64,000 bases of DNA, from NCBI GenBank assembly GCA_026770705.1, contig JANJGN010000022.1:15500001-15564000 (forward strand), read 5' to 3'. This document shows positions 48,101 through 61,627 of the stretch, piece after piece. The notes under the pieces are model-generated. The model saw nothing but the letters and a program-made list of their open reading frames with translations, made no database searches and was not told the origin of the DNA. The translations under genes were made by a program, and so were the position numbers. Numbering within the stretch: the stretch's first letter is position 1; every line of letters starts with the position of its first letter. This stretch comes from Isurus oxyrinchus. Taxonomy: Eukaryota.

Positions 48101-49627
48101 TCTTTGTCCAAAGCAGGGAAAATCCTGACGCGCATTCTCCTGAAAGGCCCACTTCTTGTGGCTGAGAAAATCCTCACAGAGACACGGTGTGGCTTTAGAC
48201 CTTCCAAAGCAACCTCCAACATGGCCTTTGTTATCAGACAAACAAAAGAAAAATGTTGAGAACACCATGAACTCTTCAATGTGTTCATTGCCCTGACTAA
48301 AGCATTTGATGCAGTAAGTCACAAAACTCTGTGGATTGTGCTCCAAAGATTTGGATGTCCAAGAAACTTTGTCAAAATCCTACAACTGCTTCATTACAAT
48401 ATGACTGCAACTGTCTTGAATGGGAGATCTGAAACAGTCCCCATCAAAATCTGGACCAGAATCAAGCAAGCTGTGTAATAACCCCCACAATATTTACCTG
48501 ACAGTGGCTATGCACCTCATCAAAGATCAACTGCCCACTGGTATGGGTATTAAGGAGGAAAACTCTTTAACGTTAATCGCCTCCATACCAAAACTAAACT
48601 GATCATCATGGATACACATGATATACAGTTTGTGGATGACTGCAGTGTTGTTGCTCACTCCGCACTAGGTTTGCAAGCTGCCCCCCCATCTCTTCAATTT
48701 TGCATACAAGGAACTCAGCTTGTCCTTGAACATTACCAAAACAAAACTCATATCAACCCACACGCGGCCAGTCAAATATTCCACTTCACATGTATGAGCA
48801 TGCATGTTATCATGTTAAAGGAGAGGCTCTGGAATATGTTGAGCACTTCCCATACCTAGGCAGCTACATCTTTCAAAAAGCCAACATTGACAAGGAAATC
48901 CAACAGTGGATCAGCTGTGCCAGCTCAACCTTCTACAAACTACAGGAGCGAGTGTTTGCCAACAAAGACCTCCGCAATTCAACAAAAGTCCTAGTGCACA
49001 GAACAGTTGTCGTCATCACTCTCCTGTACTGCAGTGAGACCTGGACTGTGTATCAGTGACACGTAAGTTCATGAGGGAAATACTATCAGCGATGCCTCCG
49101 CTGCATCCTGCAGATTCAAAGGGAGGATCATCAAACAAATGCTAGTGTCCTTCTTGAAACCTGCTCTACAGGCATTCAGGAAAAGCACTTGCAACAACAA
49201 CTTTGATGGACTTGACACTGTGTTCGGATGGCCCATAGCCTCTCCCCTGCCAGGTGCTGTTTTCTCAACTCTCAAATGGCCACAGCTCCAGGGAGGACAA
49301 AAATTGATAAAGCTCTCCTGGAATCACAGGAGCATTGACATTAATGACTAAGAGGAGCTTGCTAGCAATTGTTCGAAATGGCAGCAACTTGTCCATCAAG
49401 CTGCGTCGTGCTTTGATTCATAATGTCTTAATGGTTGGGGTGGCAAAGAAGGGAAAAAAAGGAAGCAAATCCTGCACTCAAGATCCCACTACCACATGGA
49501 ACATCCTGCCCCATGTGCCTAAAGATCTGTGGGTCAAAAATCAGCCCGTTCAATGACATGAAAACCCATGGTAGAAAGTCGTGACCCTGAGTAAACATCA
49601 TCCTCAAATCAAGGGACTACTGATGAT
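45170..49627 (+). mobile_element. RTE-clade LINE, near full length, decayed
   Basis: 5'UTR, then APE endonuclease remnants ('PERRTA..ELSRL..LSETRL.G.G.L.E...GY') and RT motifs 'KNNKACGSDGIPAEFFK', 'FIALTKAFDAVS', 'QFVDDC', 'FPYLGS', 'LLYCSETWT'. C-terminal CxxC..CG motif and a short (GAT)n tail at ~49620. Many stops and frameshifts. Confidence 0.88.
45876..46454. mobile_element. Harbinger-type MITE inserted at the start of the RTE ORF
   Basis: Ends GGCCTGAATTTTCA / GAAAAATATTGCCC, CpG-rich, contains TGGCCGATTAATGGCCA (45982-45998). RTE endonuclease sequence continues across it. Confidence 0.7.
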
Positions 49628-49734
49628 CTACGATCTGTGCACTTAGAAAATTCACCCTGGCTAGTATTTTAGGAACATTTCCATTTTTATAGCGGTAAAC
49701 TTGATCTGTAATTTATCATAACTTTGTGTTACTG

Positions 49735-49870
49735 CTGTGCGTGGACCTACATCACATGGACTGTGGCAGTTCAGGAAGACTGGCTCACCATCACCTTCTC
49801 AAGAACAAGTAGGGTGGGCAATAAAGGCTGGCCTTGCCGTGATGTCCACATGCATGAATGAATTAAAAAA
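49735..49870 (+). mobile_element. CR1 3' tail
   Basis: CACATGGACTG..GTTCA.GAAG..GCTCACCA.CACCTTCTCAAG..GGGCAATAAA.GCTGGCCTTGCC..TGAATGAAT. Confidence 0.7.
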
Positions 49871-50067
49871 AATGACCTTTAAGCTGATCTCATTTAGTAA
49901 ACATCAGGTTATTTACTATCGGTTAAGAATAATAATTAAATTTTTGATATAATAAGATAGTTTCGCAGTAGTTAACTTCAAGTCACTGTGACTGAATGTT
50001 ACTGGCATGCAGAATAAATGCTGCTTATACAAAATCAGTTTAGTGTGAAAGCAATATGGTAGAAGTC

Positions 50068-50320
50068 TGTTGGGGGTGGCCGAGTTGTACTATTAGTGAT
50101 AGAGTTGAGCTGCAGACACTTCTTGGGTGGGAACTTTAAGTTTATTTACAATATACTCAGCAGCAACTACACGTGTGCTTTCAACTCCAACTCCATCTCT
50201 ACACTGCCTCTGATGTAGCCCACATTACTCTTCTATTGGTTGCTACAGATCATGTGATCTTTCTTAGCCAGTATTATTCTTAAAGGTACATTGCACACTA
50301 ACAAAAGCATAATTATCACA
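50068..50320 (-). mobile_element. Short solo LTR (253 bp) with 5-bp TSD
   Basis: TGTTGG...ATCACA termini, TSD AAGTC at 50063-50067 and 50321-50325, reverse poly(A) signal TTTATT near 50141. Confidence 0.75.
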
Positions 50321-53300
50321 AAGTCTGAGGTACTTGAATTATTGAAGAAGGCAAGAAGGATCATTTAGCCAGAATAGCTTCTGCTCATATTATTTATGGA
50401 GAAACAAGTTGTATGTAGTTCTATGAGGAACTGTTCCTCTGCTAAATGACACCATGAGGCAAACTGTAAAGAAAAGTGATCACTGCCACAGGAGCTAAAA
50501 ATGATAGCGTCTGTATGAACCAGCCTGATGAGGTTTTAAAGTGATAGCGTCCTATAAGGAGACAGAATGTTTGTTTTATCTGCCATAAGAACTTGAGCCC
50601 TTGGGCTTCTACTGAGGATCAGCCAACCTCAAGTTCAAAGGTAAATGTGTTGAGCTGAAGCAAAGTACAAGGATTTCAGTGTTCTTTCCTCATCAGGATC
50701 CACCATCACATTAATTACTGAATTGACAAGATATTGAGCTGTATGGGCCACAAAGACAGAGCAGAGCTAAAAGAAAGCTCATGTACCAAGGAGCATCAAT
50801 GTGAAAAAACTAAAAAAAAATTATAGATTGGCTCTTTGTATTCATTACAACTTCGGATTGACAAAGAAGGCATTGTTTGCCTTACATGAATATGTGTTTG
50901 TGCCTTAAGCAGGATAATGCTTGAATTTAATCCTATTCTCAAACTGTTATTTATCATTAGATTGCGAAAGAAATCGCATTTAAAAATAATATGAATGCGG
51001 GATAGTTTGTGTGCACACCCTGTGTGCATTTTTTCGCGAACTAAAAACATTTTGATACTAACAGTTACATTTAATCTTAGGCCCAATTTTCTCGATATGA
51101 TTCACTCTCTGTCTCCTGCACATTTCCTTGATAATTACTGACTAATCCATCAAAATAATTCTGTTATAATTGGATGCTGAAACCAAGAAGATGTTGAAGT
51201 AATGCAAGCTGGAGAATTTCAGCCAAATACATTACATTGTGCTTATGTTAACTGTTTAATTCCTGCAAGTCATTTTTAGCCATTCAATCAAAGCCTGTTT
51301 TATCAAATTTCAATTCTAAGAAATGTTGTCTCTGTACTTGCAGCAAGGAAGGAGAAAGCAAGAATTGAGAGATGTGCGTCAATCGCAAACTATTTCCGAA
51401 TTCACAAGATCATAAAAAGAAAAGCAAATTGCAGTCCTGAATTATATTAGGGCAGAAAAGCTACAGCAGCCTCAAAGGGTTAATAGAAGGCCCCGCAGTT
51501 TCAATATGTTATAATTAAGCTGCAGTGAATGCCAAATAATATAGGAATGACAGGAAAAGGATGAGGTGGTCGGTGGGGCCTCTTGTGGTCAAATCCTGTA
51601 TGAATCAGCTGATTCTTTTCTAGTTATGTACTATGGAATTGGTCCAAACCACTATCATGACAGGGGAGTCAACTCAAGTTTTCTTTTCATGGCTTGGCTA
51701 TTTGCCCAAAGTTTATTAATATAGATTGCTGCTGATTAATAGTGTTCCAATGCTTTCAATAATATTCACACCTATAATAAATATACCTTTGTTAATGTCT
51801 ACTTCTGTACTTTTGATGCTTTCTTCAGTACATTCTATTCATCCTTCAATGTTACTAAAGCTGCCTCTAGTGAAACATCATTATTACAACTGTTGAAACA
51901 AACCCCTCATTATAAGAATGTTCCCGGGTCCCAATGGAAGTTCCATTAGAAGTAGTCGAGGAGCGCAAATCTCCATGAGATGAAACTTCTGATAAAAACA
52001 TTTTTCTCTGCCAATTTCTGCAAATGTAATAGTGACATCTGATTGTAATTTCATTTCTTGGTTGCTGTTAAGAATACCCAATATGAATCAACTGGCACTG
52101 ACCTTTTGGCTAATGTCTCAGATGTAAGACATTTAAACCACCAATATTGTTATCAAGCATTGCAAAGAAAAACTTGCATTTATATAGCACCTTTCACAAC
52201 CGTCAGATGTCCAGAAGCACTTACCAGCCAATGTAGGAAACATAAATATATGTTTTATATTTAAGATATTAAGAGAGTTTTCTCAATTTTCTCATCTTAC
52301 TTTGCCTTTGCTGACGAGAACAACCAATTCCATGAGTGACAGCAATCCTCTGGTAGCTTATTCAAATGTCCCTTCTACTTGTTGAAGCATGAATAATAAA
52401 TGCTAGGCAGGTTATTTGACCATAGAAATGATGGGGAAAAGGACATCACAGCTGAGTGGGCACCATGCCAAGTCTTGGCCTCGCCCATTTCCACACAACT
52501 GTACACATCACAAATTGGAATATAGTATTTGGCAAATATTTGGATGCTGCATCCACCACACTGCAACGTGTAAAGATAATATAGACAATGTAATAAAAGA
52601 CCAATTACCAAGGCGTGCAGTCTCATTATATAACAGATGTTATATTGCTGACACACATTATATGTTGACACAAAGTCATTGAATTTTTCAAATAATTTAA
52701 GTATTTTAGAATGTGAAGTCTTGCCAGATGTAGCCTTGGGTCAGTAATAACACTCTTGCCTCTTGAATCAGTAGGTTGTGGATTCATGCCCCACTCCATA
52801 ATCACCTTTTTTCTTAATCCAACTATCCAATATAATCTTGAATGTTCACATGCCTCAACTACAAACCCTAGAAGTGAATTCCACAGTCTCGCAAGTCTCG
52901 GAATAATTTTCAAGTGCGAATACTCTATTTCTCACCTGGAAATTGGCAATCCGCAGAGGAAAATTGAGGTAACAGGAACCATAGTCATTCCTTAGACACC
53001 CAAGACATGACTGTAGCTATTTTCAAGCAGTCATGTCAATGGACATACAACATATCTGTTTCAGGTGGGAACCTGTATAAAAGTGCAAATATATACCAGG
53101 TAGTAAGCAGCTTGGACAAGAAAAGGGCCCCAAAATGTTATTGCTTTTCTTTGTAAAGAAGTTTCTCTTGCTCTCTAATCTTTCATGTAGGGTCTATTGT
53201 TCTTGACTCCTCAACTACAGGGAACCGAGTACTTCTATCTACCCTGTCCCATTCTTTCATATGACCTCCTCCAGAATAACATTCTCTTTAGTAAAATGAT

Positions 53301-53505
53301 GTAAATTACTTATGAAGTACTTCTACAATTTTTGGATCATCATCTACAAATTGACAACCCTCACCTTTCAGGGACTTCCACCTCACTTTTAACAATTCTC
53401 TTTTTACTGACACACTTGTAAAATTCCTCACTGCTTCTCTTGACATCTTTTCTTAGTTTCTTATATTTTTCTGTAGTTTTTATCCTTTGTAACCTTATGG
53501 TCCTG

Positions 53506-53966
53506 AAAGAAAGACTTGCATTTAAATAGTGCCTTTCATGACCACAGGATGTCCCAAAGCACTTTACAGACAATTAAGTACTTTTGAAGTGTACTCACTG
53601 TTTTAATGCAGGAAATGTGGCAGCCAATTTTTGCATAGCAAGCTCCCGTGAACAACAATGTGATATTGACCAGACAATCTGTTATTTGTGACATTGAATC
53701 AGGGATAAATACTGGCCAGGGCACTGAGAAAATTCCCCTGCTCTTCTTTAAAATAGTGCTGGGGATCTTTTACATCCACTTGAACTGACACCTGAGACCT
53801 TGGTATAACATCTCATCTGAAAGGGAGCACCTCTGACAATGTAGCACCCCTCAGTACTGTACTGCATTGTCAGCCTTGATTTTTTTTGCTGAAGCCCTGA
53901 AATGTGTCTCGAATCCAAGACATTGTGACTCAGCAACCAAGAGCTTCCAACTGAGCTACGGCTGAT
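53506..53966 (-). mobile_element. Full-length SacSINE1-like DeuSINE
   Basis: Minus strand: A-box TAGCTCAGTTGG, B-box GGATTCGAG, Deu-like core (..CAGATGAGATGTTA..GTAAAAGATCCC..GCACTATTT), and L2-type tail ..GCACTATTTAAATGCAAGTCTTTCTTTC. Confidence 0.8.
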
Positions 53967-54224
53967 ACAAAAGTGCCCTTCTTCATTTTTAATTGGATGC
54001 TAACTCATTATCCTTGGCAAGCTAAGACTGTAATAGTTTTCTTTTTAAATGGAAGGTACTTGTTTAGACTTTTGCAATCTACTTTTTAAACCTCATTAGA
54101 CCTACAGACTTATATGCCAGTTTCTTTTTCTACCTCACCACAACTAGCATGTTCCTTATTTATCGAAAATCTGTCCTACAAAGTCCATGTTTCCCATAAA
54201 CCTATGATGCAATTACTTCGTAGT

Positions 54225-54850
54225 ATTATAGAATCATTGAATGGACAGGAAGCTATTTGGCTCATTGTGCCTGTGCTGACAAGTACTTTGAAAGAGACGT
54301 CCAATTGCATTGAATTATTTAGAAACCAAACAGCATGGAAACAGGCCATTAGGCCCTTCTCATGTGTGCTGTTGTTTATTTTTCACTCAAGTCTGATCCC
54401 AATCCACCCACTTCATCTCAGCCTATCAGCAATCCTTGTTATTCCTTTTTCTGTCATGTACTTGTCTAGTTTCCTTTTTCCAAGCACCTCAGCTACTACC
54501 TTGACCACTTCATGTAGCAGTGAGTTTCACTTTCTAACTGCTCCCCTGCTCTTTCCCCATAGCCCTACAAATCTCTCCTTTTCAAAAATTTTGAAAGTTA
54601 CTACTGAATTTACTTCCGTCACCTTTTCAGGTGGTGTATTCCATATCATAAAAACTTGCTGTGTTAAAAAAAACTCCTAACTTTCCCCAAGGCTTTCTGC
54701 AATTTATCTTAAATCTGTCTCCATCAAAACCCTTCATAATTTTGAACATCCCTAGAAAATCTTTGCTTAACCTTCTCTGCTCCAGGGAGAGTTTTTCCAC
54801 TTTTTTAAGTGCCTCCACAGTACTGAAGCCCCTCTATGCCTTAAATACTT
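54225..54850 (-). mobile_element. Stacked old CR1 3' fragments
   Basis: Tail motifs TAGAA..GGAAACAGGCCATT.GGCCC. Minus ORF remnant 'SLEQRRLSKDF..MFKIMKGFD'. Confidence 0.65.
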
Positions 54851-56258
54851 AAATCATATTGAAAGGAATTCCTGTCACTTCTGTGTGAAGTCCTTATGAC
54901 CATAAACGATGTGTGGCTCTTTTGGCTTGTTCTTCCCAGAAACAAAACACAAGGTTTGTCAAATACTTACCACGAAGACAGCGTCGCTTTACTTTTGGTG
55001 TGGAACAGAGAGAGCTTCACACCACATTAGTGCCCGATCTAGCAAGTGCCTGATGCTGACACTAAGAGAAATTCCTGAGGTCTTAGGAGCACAATAATTC
55101 ACTTTAAGTTATAAATAATAGAAGGAAATGACTGTAGTAATGTCTTTGCTTCCTATTATATTCTAGGCTAACTTACAGAACAACATTTACCTCTGAAGGT
55201 GTAACTTGCAATCAACAAAGTTCATGTACAACTGTTTAATACACTAGCACTGCACCTTGTGGGCATATGTTTACACTGGCATTAACTCACATATTTTAGA
55301 TGCATGTACAACAAATAACACACATAACTTAATTGGTTATAAAGGGCTTTAGGAAATACTGATGTCACAAAAGGCACTATATAAATGCAAGACTTTCTTG
55401 TAGGAATATAGTACCAGTGTGTTAACGATTTGGTATGGGAACTTCACTGATCTGATGATCCATCCTGTGTGTGATCTACTGTTTGCAGCCTGAATTTGGG
55501 ACATAACAGATCATTTTCAGTCAGCTCCTATCAGTTTGTAAGTGATCACATTGCTGCTTCCCATGATTTACAATTGATAACAATCACCAAAAGTTCAGCA
55601 AAAGAGTCATCATTGTCTTTCCCAGCCAGCAATAGCCTAACTTGCCTTGATTATTTTAGCAAGAGAAAAAAAATGCATCTCATGATCTCAGCTCAGTAGG
55701 GTTCGTCGCTGATCCTGTGGGTTATGTGGTCTGATGCCACTTGATGATTTATTTTTCTAGTAATGCTGCTTATCCTATACCGATTTGAATTTTGTATTTT
55801 TATCCAATGGAATTTATTTTTACTAACTTGAGAAATATCTTAAATTGAAATGAAATAGAAGATTTACTAATTTATGTGAAACCCATGAAAATCAAATCTA
55901 TGAAGCAACAGAAATACTCATGATTTAAGTAGCAAGTTTGACAAGTTAGATTGTAACCGGTTCAAAATTTAATAATATTTAAGAGGTTATTGGATAATAT
56001 TTGTAGCTCTAGCATTCTTTGTTCCAGTGCTGAGCAGAGGAAGATAATCTACCATGTTAAAGTATCAATTAAAATTCTACTGGATTCTCCCCATTTCATG
56101 CCAAAAAATCCAATTAGGATCATCATTAAAAAATGTTTATCATTAATTTGCAACCTTACATCCTATTTAGAGCACTGGATTTGGGAACATTCCACCAATG
56201 TTCCCCATAATTTTTTGTACCCCCGGCAATTTCTTCAAGTAAGCAGCCCCAGGCGGTT

Positions 56259-57030
56259 AATTTAGTCTACTGCATTCGCTGCTCCCAATGCGGTTTCCTC
56301 TACATTGGAGAGACCAAACGCAGACTGGGTGACCGCTTCGGTCTGTCTGCAAGCATGACCCAGACCTCCCTGTCACTTGCCATTTCAACACACCACCCTG
56401 CTCTCATGCCCACATGTCTGTCCTTGGCCTGCTGCAATGTTCCAGTGAAGCTCAAAGCAAACTGGAGGAACAGCACCTCATCTTCCGACTAGGCACTTTA
56501 CAGCCTTCCGGACTGAATATTGAGTTCAACAACTTTAGATCATGAACTCTCTCCTCCATCCCCATCCCCTTTCTGATCCCTCTTTTTTCCAATAATTTAT
56601 ATAGATTTTTCTTTTCCCACCTATTTCCATTATTTTTAAATGTATTTCCATCCATTGTTTTATCTCTACCTTTTAGCCTATTTCGATCCCTTCCCCCCAG
56701 CCCACCCCCACTAGGGCTGTCTGTACCTTGCTTGTCCTGTTTTCTATCCTTAATTAGCACATTCCTTAGATAATATCACCACCTTCAACACCTCTTTGTC
56801 CTTTTGTCTGTGTCATCTTTTGGTTATCTCCACCTATCACTGGCCCTCTATCCAGCTCTACTTGTCGCAGCCCCCCCTTAAACCAGTTTATATTTCACCT
56901 CTCTTCTATATTTCCTTAGTTCTGCTGAAGAGTCATACGGACTCGAAACGTTAACTGCATTCCTCTCCGCAGATGCTGTCAGATCTGAGGAGTTTTTCCA
57001 GGTATTTTTATTTTTGTTTTTGGTCTTATT
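56259..57030 (+). mobile_element. Penelope-like element 3' part: GIY-YIG endonuclease remnant plus terminal repeat
   Basis: Translates 'NLVYCIRCSQCGFLYIGETKRRLGDRF' (VY..CxxC..YIG), then after a frameshift '..CHFNTPPCSHAHMSVLGLL..EEQHLIFRLGTLQPSGLNIEFNNFRS*' (stop 56545). The Zn-finger-type GIY-YIG suggests a Neptune-like clade. Confidence 0.9.
56918..56956 (+). ncRNA. Minimal hammerhead ribozyme-like motif (variant core) in a PLE terminal repeat
   Basis: AGTT-CTGCTGA-A-GAGTC-atacg-GACTC-GAAA-CGT-T-AACT, the same fold as 43780-43818 with core CUGCUGA. Confidence 0.6.
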
Positions 57031-59379
57031 TTGCGTTTCTGAGCACATTCCGAGATCCTCTTGGATTGCTGCCCAGCTGACCACCTCCCACCCCTTTCCA
57101 TCACCTTTGAAAACTCCAGGCTTCCTTTTTTTTGAAAAGAAGTTGATTTTCAGAAAAGGAAATCTTATGCAAATATTAACAAACTGTTCCCCTGAAATGC
57201 ACCATTCGATGCCCAAAAGACATGAACATTCCCATGGTTCATTCCTCTGCACAGACCCTGCCTGACCTGCATTTTCTGTTTTACCTTTCTTTCAGATTAA
57301 TGCAGCACTTTGCATTTGTGTTGAGCGTTCATTTTCCTAGGGCATAACTTCTTTTAACATATAATTGCACAGAAGTTGCAAGATGGGAAGAAGGCCATTC
57401 AGCCTGTATTAGTATTTGTCCTCCATATCGTTCTCATCCCAAAAGTGTCAACCTTTTGGGCTGAATTTTGCTGTAAAGTTCAAGTACCCAGCATTGAGAC
57501 CAGATGGAGGTCCCAAGCCCTTCAGTTGCCATCGTTGAGATTGGCTCAGCAATCATCTGGGCTGCGGCCTCCTGAATGGCTGCCACGATCCATACCTGCC
57601 TTCCTATTAGGGACAGTGGTCGGGCTCCTGATGCTGCAGGTCCAGTCAAATGTCTGACAGCTCCTTGGCATCCCCAGTAGAAGATGTAGGCAAAGCTGAG
57701 ACAGGTCAGGGGCCATAGGGTACCAAAACATGGAGCAATGTTGGGGCAAAATGTCTTCGGCTCCAAGGATGCTTGAAGAATGTCTGTTCTGAAATTGAGT
57801 CATACCATTTTTCAGGCATCTATGGTGGCCACCTAATACGGGTATTAGGACACTTTGCAGTTGCTAATGAGACACTTCATGCCTGTTAATGGCTGCTCTG
57901 TGTTGGAGCGGATTTCCAGGATCTGAATGCTGAAACGGAAACCATCAGTGTATTATCCATGGCGGAGGACTTGGTGGATGAAATAATGATCCATGGGGCC
58001 ACTCACATGGCTCTTCTAAATCAAGCACCACCTAGAAATATTTTATAATCGTTATTTCAGTCCTGGCATCTCAGATGCCAACTGTTTAACCCCTAATCGT
58101 ATGAAATAGCGCTCGATAAGAATGGATTTTTTCTTCATGCAACCCTTTTGTCATGCAGATGATAAATTTGTCTCATGGTAAAGATAGCTGTTGAGCATGT
58201 CATATTAATGGCTAAGCGGGCACAGAATTCTATGTACCAACAAGATTGACAATGTTAGCTGTCATCTTACTCTAGCATGTCCTAAGAGTAGTTGGTCAGA
58301 AACAGCACAGCCAATGGCCAGTGTGCTGATTCCCTGTCATGTGAATTATTTGTATTTAATCTGTATTAAGAAAATTATATATGCTGTTTCAACAATAAAA
58401 GAAACCAGCTTAATTTTATTTGCACGCTGTCAAAGCATTGAAATAACTGAAATGTAAAATATCCACTATGTATTTAAAATTAGAAATGAAATCAGCAGAA
58501 AGTAGGAAATAAACGGTACATCTGATTGTCATAATCTCATTGCATAAAAATAAAACTCATTTAACTTTGTATATAAGTGTAAGTATAATTTATTATTCTA
58601 GGTCATGCTTATATTGAAAAAGCCTCACGTTCAGCAAAATCCAAACAAATTGCAGTTACGTTATCAAACAAAGTGACAATCATAATAATGAGCTGATATA
58701 CATGGAACAGATGTAAAGGCACAAACTCCATTTATTGCCTGTACATCAGAATTAATTAAAAACTTGAAAAGCTAAGAAGATGTGGCAATCTCCAGCTAGA
58801 AATATGTATGCATAATGGGAGCGTATCCAAAGTTAAATATAAAAGGATATCTGATTAAAGAGAGCTGGATAAAAAGATTAACTTCTCAGTTTTCTGTTAT
58901 AATTTCTTGCTGATTAACACTTCTGCTCTTTCCTCCTTAATCCAGAGTACAACTGTCAGAAAGCACAAAGTTACCCAGCTCTCTAATGTCCCGGTAAATA
59001 TGAAAAGGCTTTCTAATGACTAGTTTGCAAGGTTCTGTTCTCTTCTTCCCTCTCCTGCACTCCAGTGAGACTGAAGTACCAGGTTTGCCCAGTATCACTG
59101 ACAGTTTCCAAATTTCACTGGGAACCCAAGTACCCAAAGCCAAATCTCTGAGGGAACATCCCCTTTGATAAGCCTGTTATTAGCGAGAGAAATGACAGAG
59201 AGCTGGGAAAAGGCCAGTGACTGTCTATACCAAAAGATCTGTGACAACAAAGTCTTCTGGGTTTTAAGACACTTCATTAATTACTTACCTGTCTAGTATT
59301 TCACACTGAGACCAGGTAACATCAACACAAGGTCAGTGCTAGTGGTGACCCTGGTGGGTGCTCATGGTATCTGAGGCAT

Positions 59380-59700
59380 GGTCTCTTGAATGGGATGTGA
59401 AATCGAGATCCTGCCTGCTCTCTCAGGTAGACATAAAAGATCCCATGACACTACTCAATGAAGAACAGAGGCATTCTCCCTGGTATCCTGGCCAATGCTA
59501 ATCTCTCAACCAACATTACTAAAGAACAGATTATCTGGTCATAATCACATTGCTGTCTGTGAGACCTTGCAGTGCACAAATACTGTTGTATTTCCTACAT
59601 CACAATAGTGACTACATCTCAAAAGTAGTTTTGATTGATTGTAAAGTGCTTGGTAAGGCCTGAGATCGTGAAAGTTGCCTTAGAAATGCAAGTCCTTCCT
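59380..59700 (+). mobile_element. SacSINE1-like DeuSINE, head-truncated
   Basis: CTCTCAGGTAGACATAAAAGATCCCATGACACTA..GAAGAACAG..TCCTGGCCAAT..CAGATTATCTGGTCAT, tail ..AAATGCAAGTCC. Confidence 0.75.
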
Positions 59701-61627
59701 TACATCCTTCCTTCATCTCTTACTCCCCTCCCTCCCTCAGTCATTCTTTCCTTCTTCCTGTCTTGATTTCTTCCTACCTTCCTGCTAGGCATGGCTGCCA
59801 TCACCCTGGGTAGGAGGAACTGTGAGTATACAAGTGGCCTGCACGCTTTCTGCCCTACCAGGGAAGATGCTGAGGAATGAGTTCTTGGATGATCGGGGAG
59901 CTTGCAGAATGTGTATAACAGCCCCAGCAAGGTCCAAATTCCTCATTTTGATGATAGAAGATCTAAGAGCCTGATCAGGAAGAGAGGATTATAAAGACCA
60001 GCCAACCAATGTTTTCAATGGCAGGATATTTGACTGTCTCTATTCAACCCTGGACATTGCCTTCTACATCCCAAAAAAAACACCAACCTCTACACTGAAT
60101 TCAATATCAAATCAAGTGCAGGAAGTGATATAAGGAGAGAGAGAGAAAAAAGATGGGATGAGAGAGAGATAAAAGAGACAGGAAGAAAAAAAGACAAGCC
60201 ACAACATTTTCTGGCGAGTTTAGTTCACATCTATGAGGTAAGTGCAGGAACTTCACCTTGTCCAATGTATTTCAAGGAGAGTCTCTCGATGAGATAACAT
60301 TATCACCTAATCCCTGGTGACATCACATCTTGCACAGCAACTTGTGAATTTCTGTATTTAACTACACATGTGGGTTCACTGGAAGTTATTGTCAATTTCT
60401 ACATAAATAATGGCAATTGCTATTAGCAACAGTTATTTCTACTACAAAATCTGGCCCAATGTTTCAGCCAGGTTAAAAACAGAGCAGTGCAAAAGTCTTA
60501 GGAAATAATGGCCCAGCGTGAGTAAAGGTGTAAATGTATGACATAATTGCACCATTGGGATGATGCAGATCTTCAAGAAATTCTGGGCATAAATATCAAT
60601 ATTTAACAAATAACCAATATCTTGCTTTGGCTAAAAGGAAAATCACATTAATTTTATCTACAACATGATAAACAAAAACAAGTTAGTCTTCAGGTGAAAG
60701 GTGGAGAAGCCTTTCCAAAGCTAACACATCTTACCTATTTTCACAGGTAGTGGCAGAGTTTGTAGGGGTTTCCTGTGGTGTATATGAGTACACATTGTTC
60801 TGTATCATTGGATAACTTATATTTGCTAAGTAAAAAGAACCTTCACCCTTGTAAAAATGCTTTTTGACCTTCCTCTGCTGGGAGATATATTTTACTCACT
60901 TCATGTTTTCTCTTTCCATTAACACAGCAAATTCTCTCCCACACAAAGCAGCATAAAGTCATCATTTAAATTATTCTGTGCTAATGCAACTTGAGTAGTT
61001 ATTTACTGGTAATCTTGGCTGCCTTGAGATTAAATGTTTTCCATTGAAGTGTTATTTCTCCAGGGTTCCAATGGAATCCGGCATGGATTTTGTGTGAATT
61101 TCAACTCTGTCTGTTCACGTTAGTGACAGAGTTATTGAGATGGACTGCTCAGTCTATCTGCCTCCATTTACCATTAAATTTTAGAAACGTTTTGTTTATC
61201 ATCTTTTTTACAATTATGGACAAATTTTTGCCGAGGACACTTAACCCAGTTCTTCACAAGTGCACACGCTGATCTGACGTGATTGACTTAATAGCTGCAG
61301 ATCGCCCTTTCCTGTCTAATATCTACAGCTGGGCTGCTGTGAGGTATTCTGACGCTCAGGGTCTGATTTAACTCCCTCCCAAAGGAAAAGGTTCAGTTTC
61401 TAACAAATGAAACAGAGACTGCCTGTCCCAAATCCTTAACCCTTCATCTCTTTTCCATTCCTGTTAATCCATTTGTTGATGGTCGACTTTCATCAGTTCA
61501 TCATACATAAAAATATATGGCGTGGCAATATTTGGTCAGCAGATTGTATTGCAGCCTTGAGCATCTCATTTAAAGCATTTTCTTTAACATAAAATATATA
61601 GGATACTTAAATTACCTAAAAATAATT

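Noticed and set aside
54114-54680. 188-aa ORF
   Set aside because: It runs antisense across stacked CR1 remnants and has no domain-like content.
58946-58993. Possible short + strand exon after a pyrimidine tract
   Set aside because: The donor is weak and the peptide unrecognisable; there is not enough support without RNA data.
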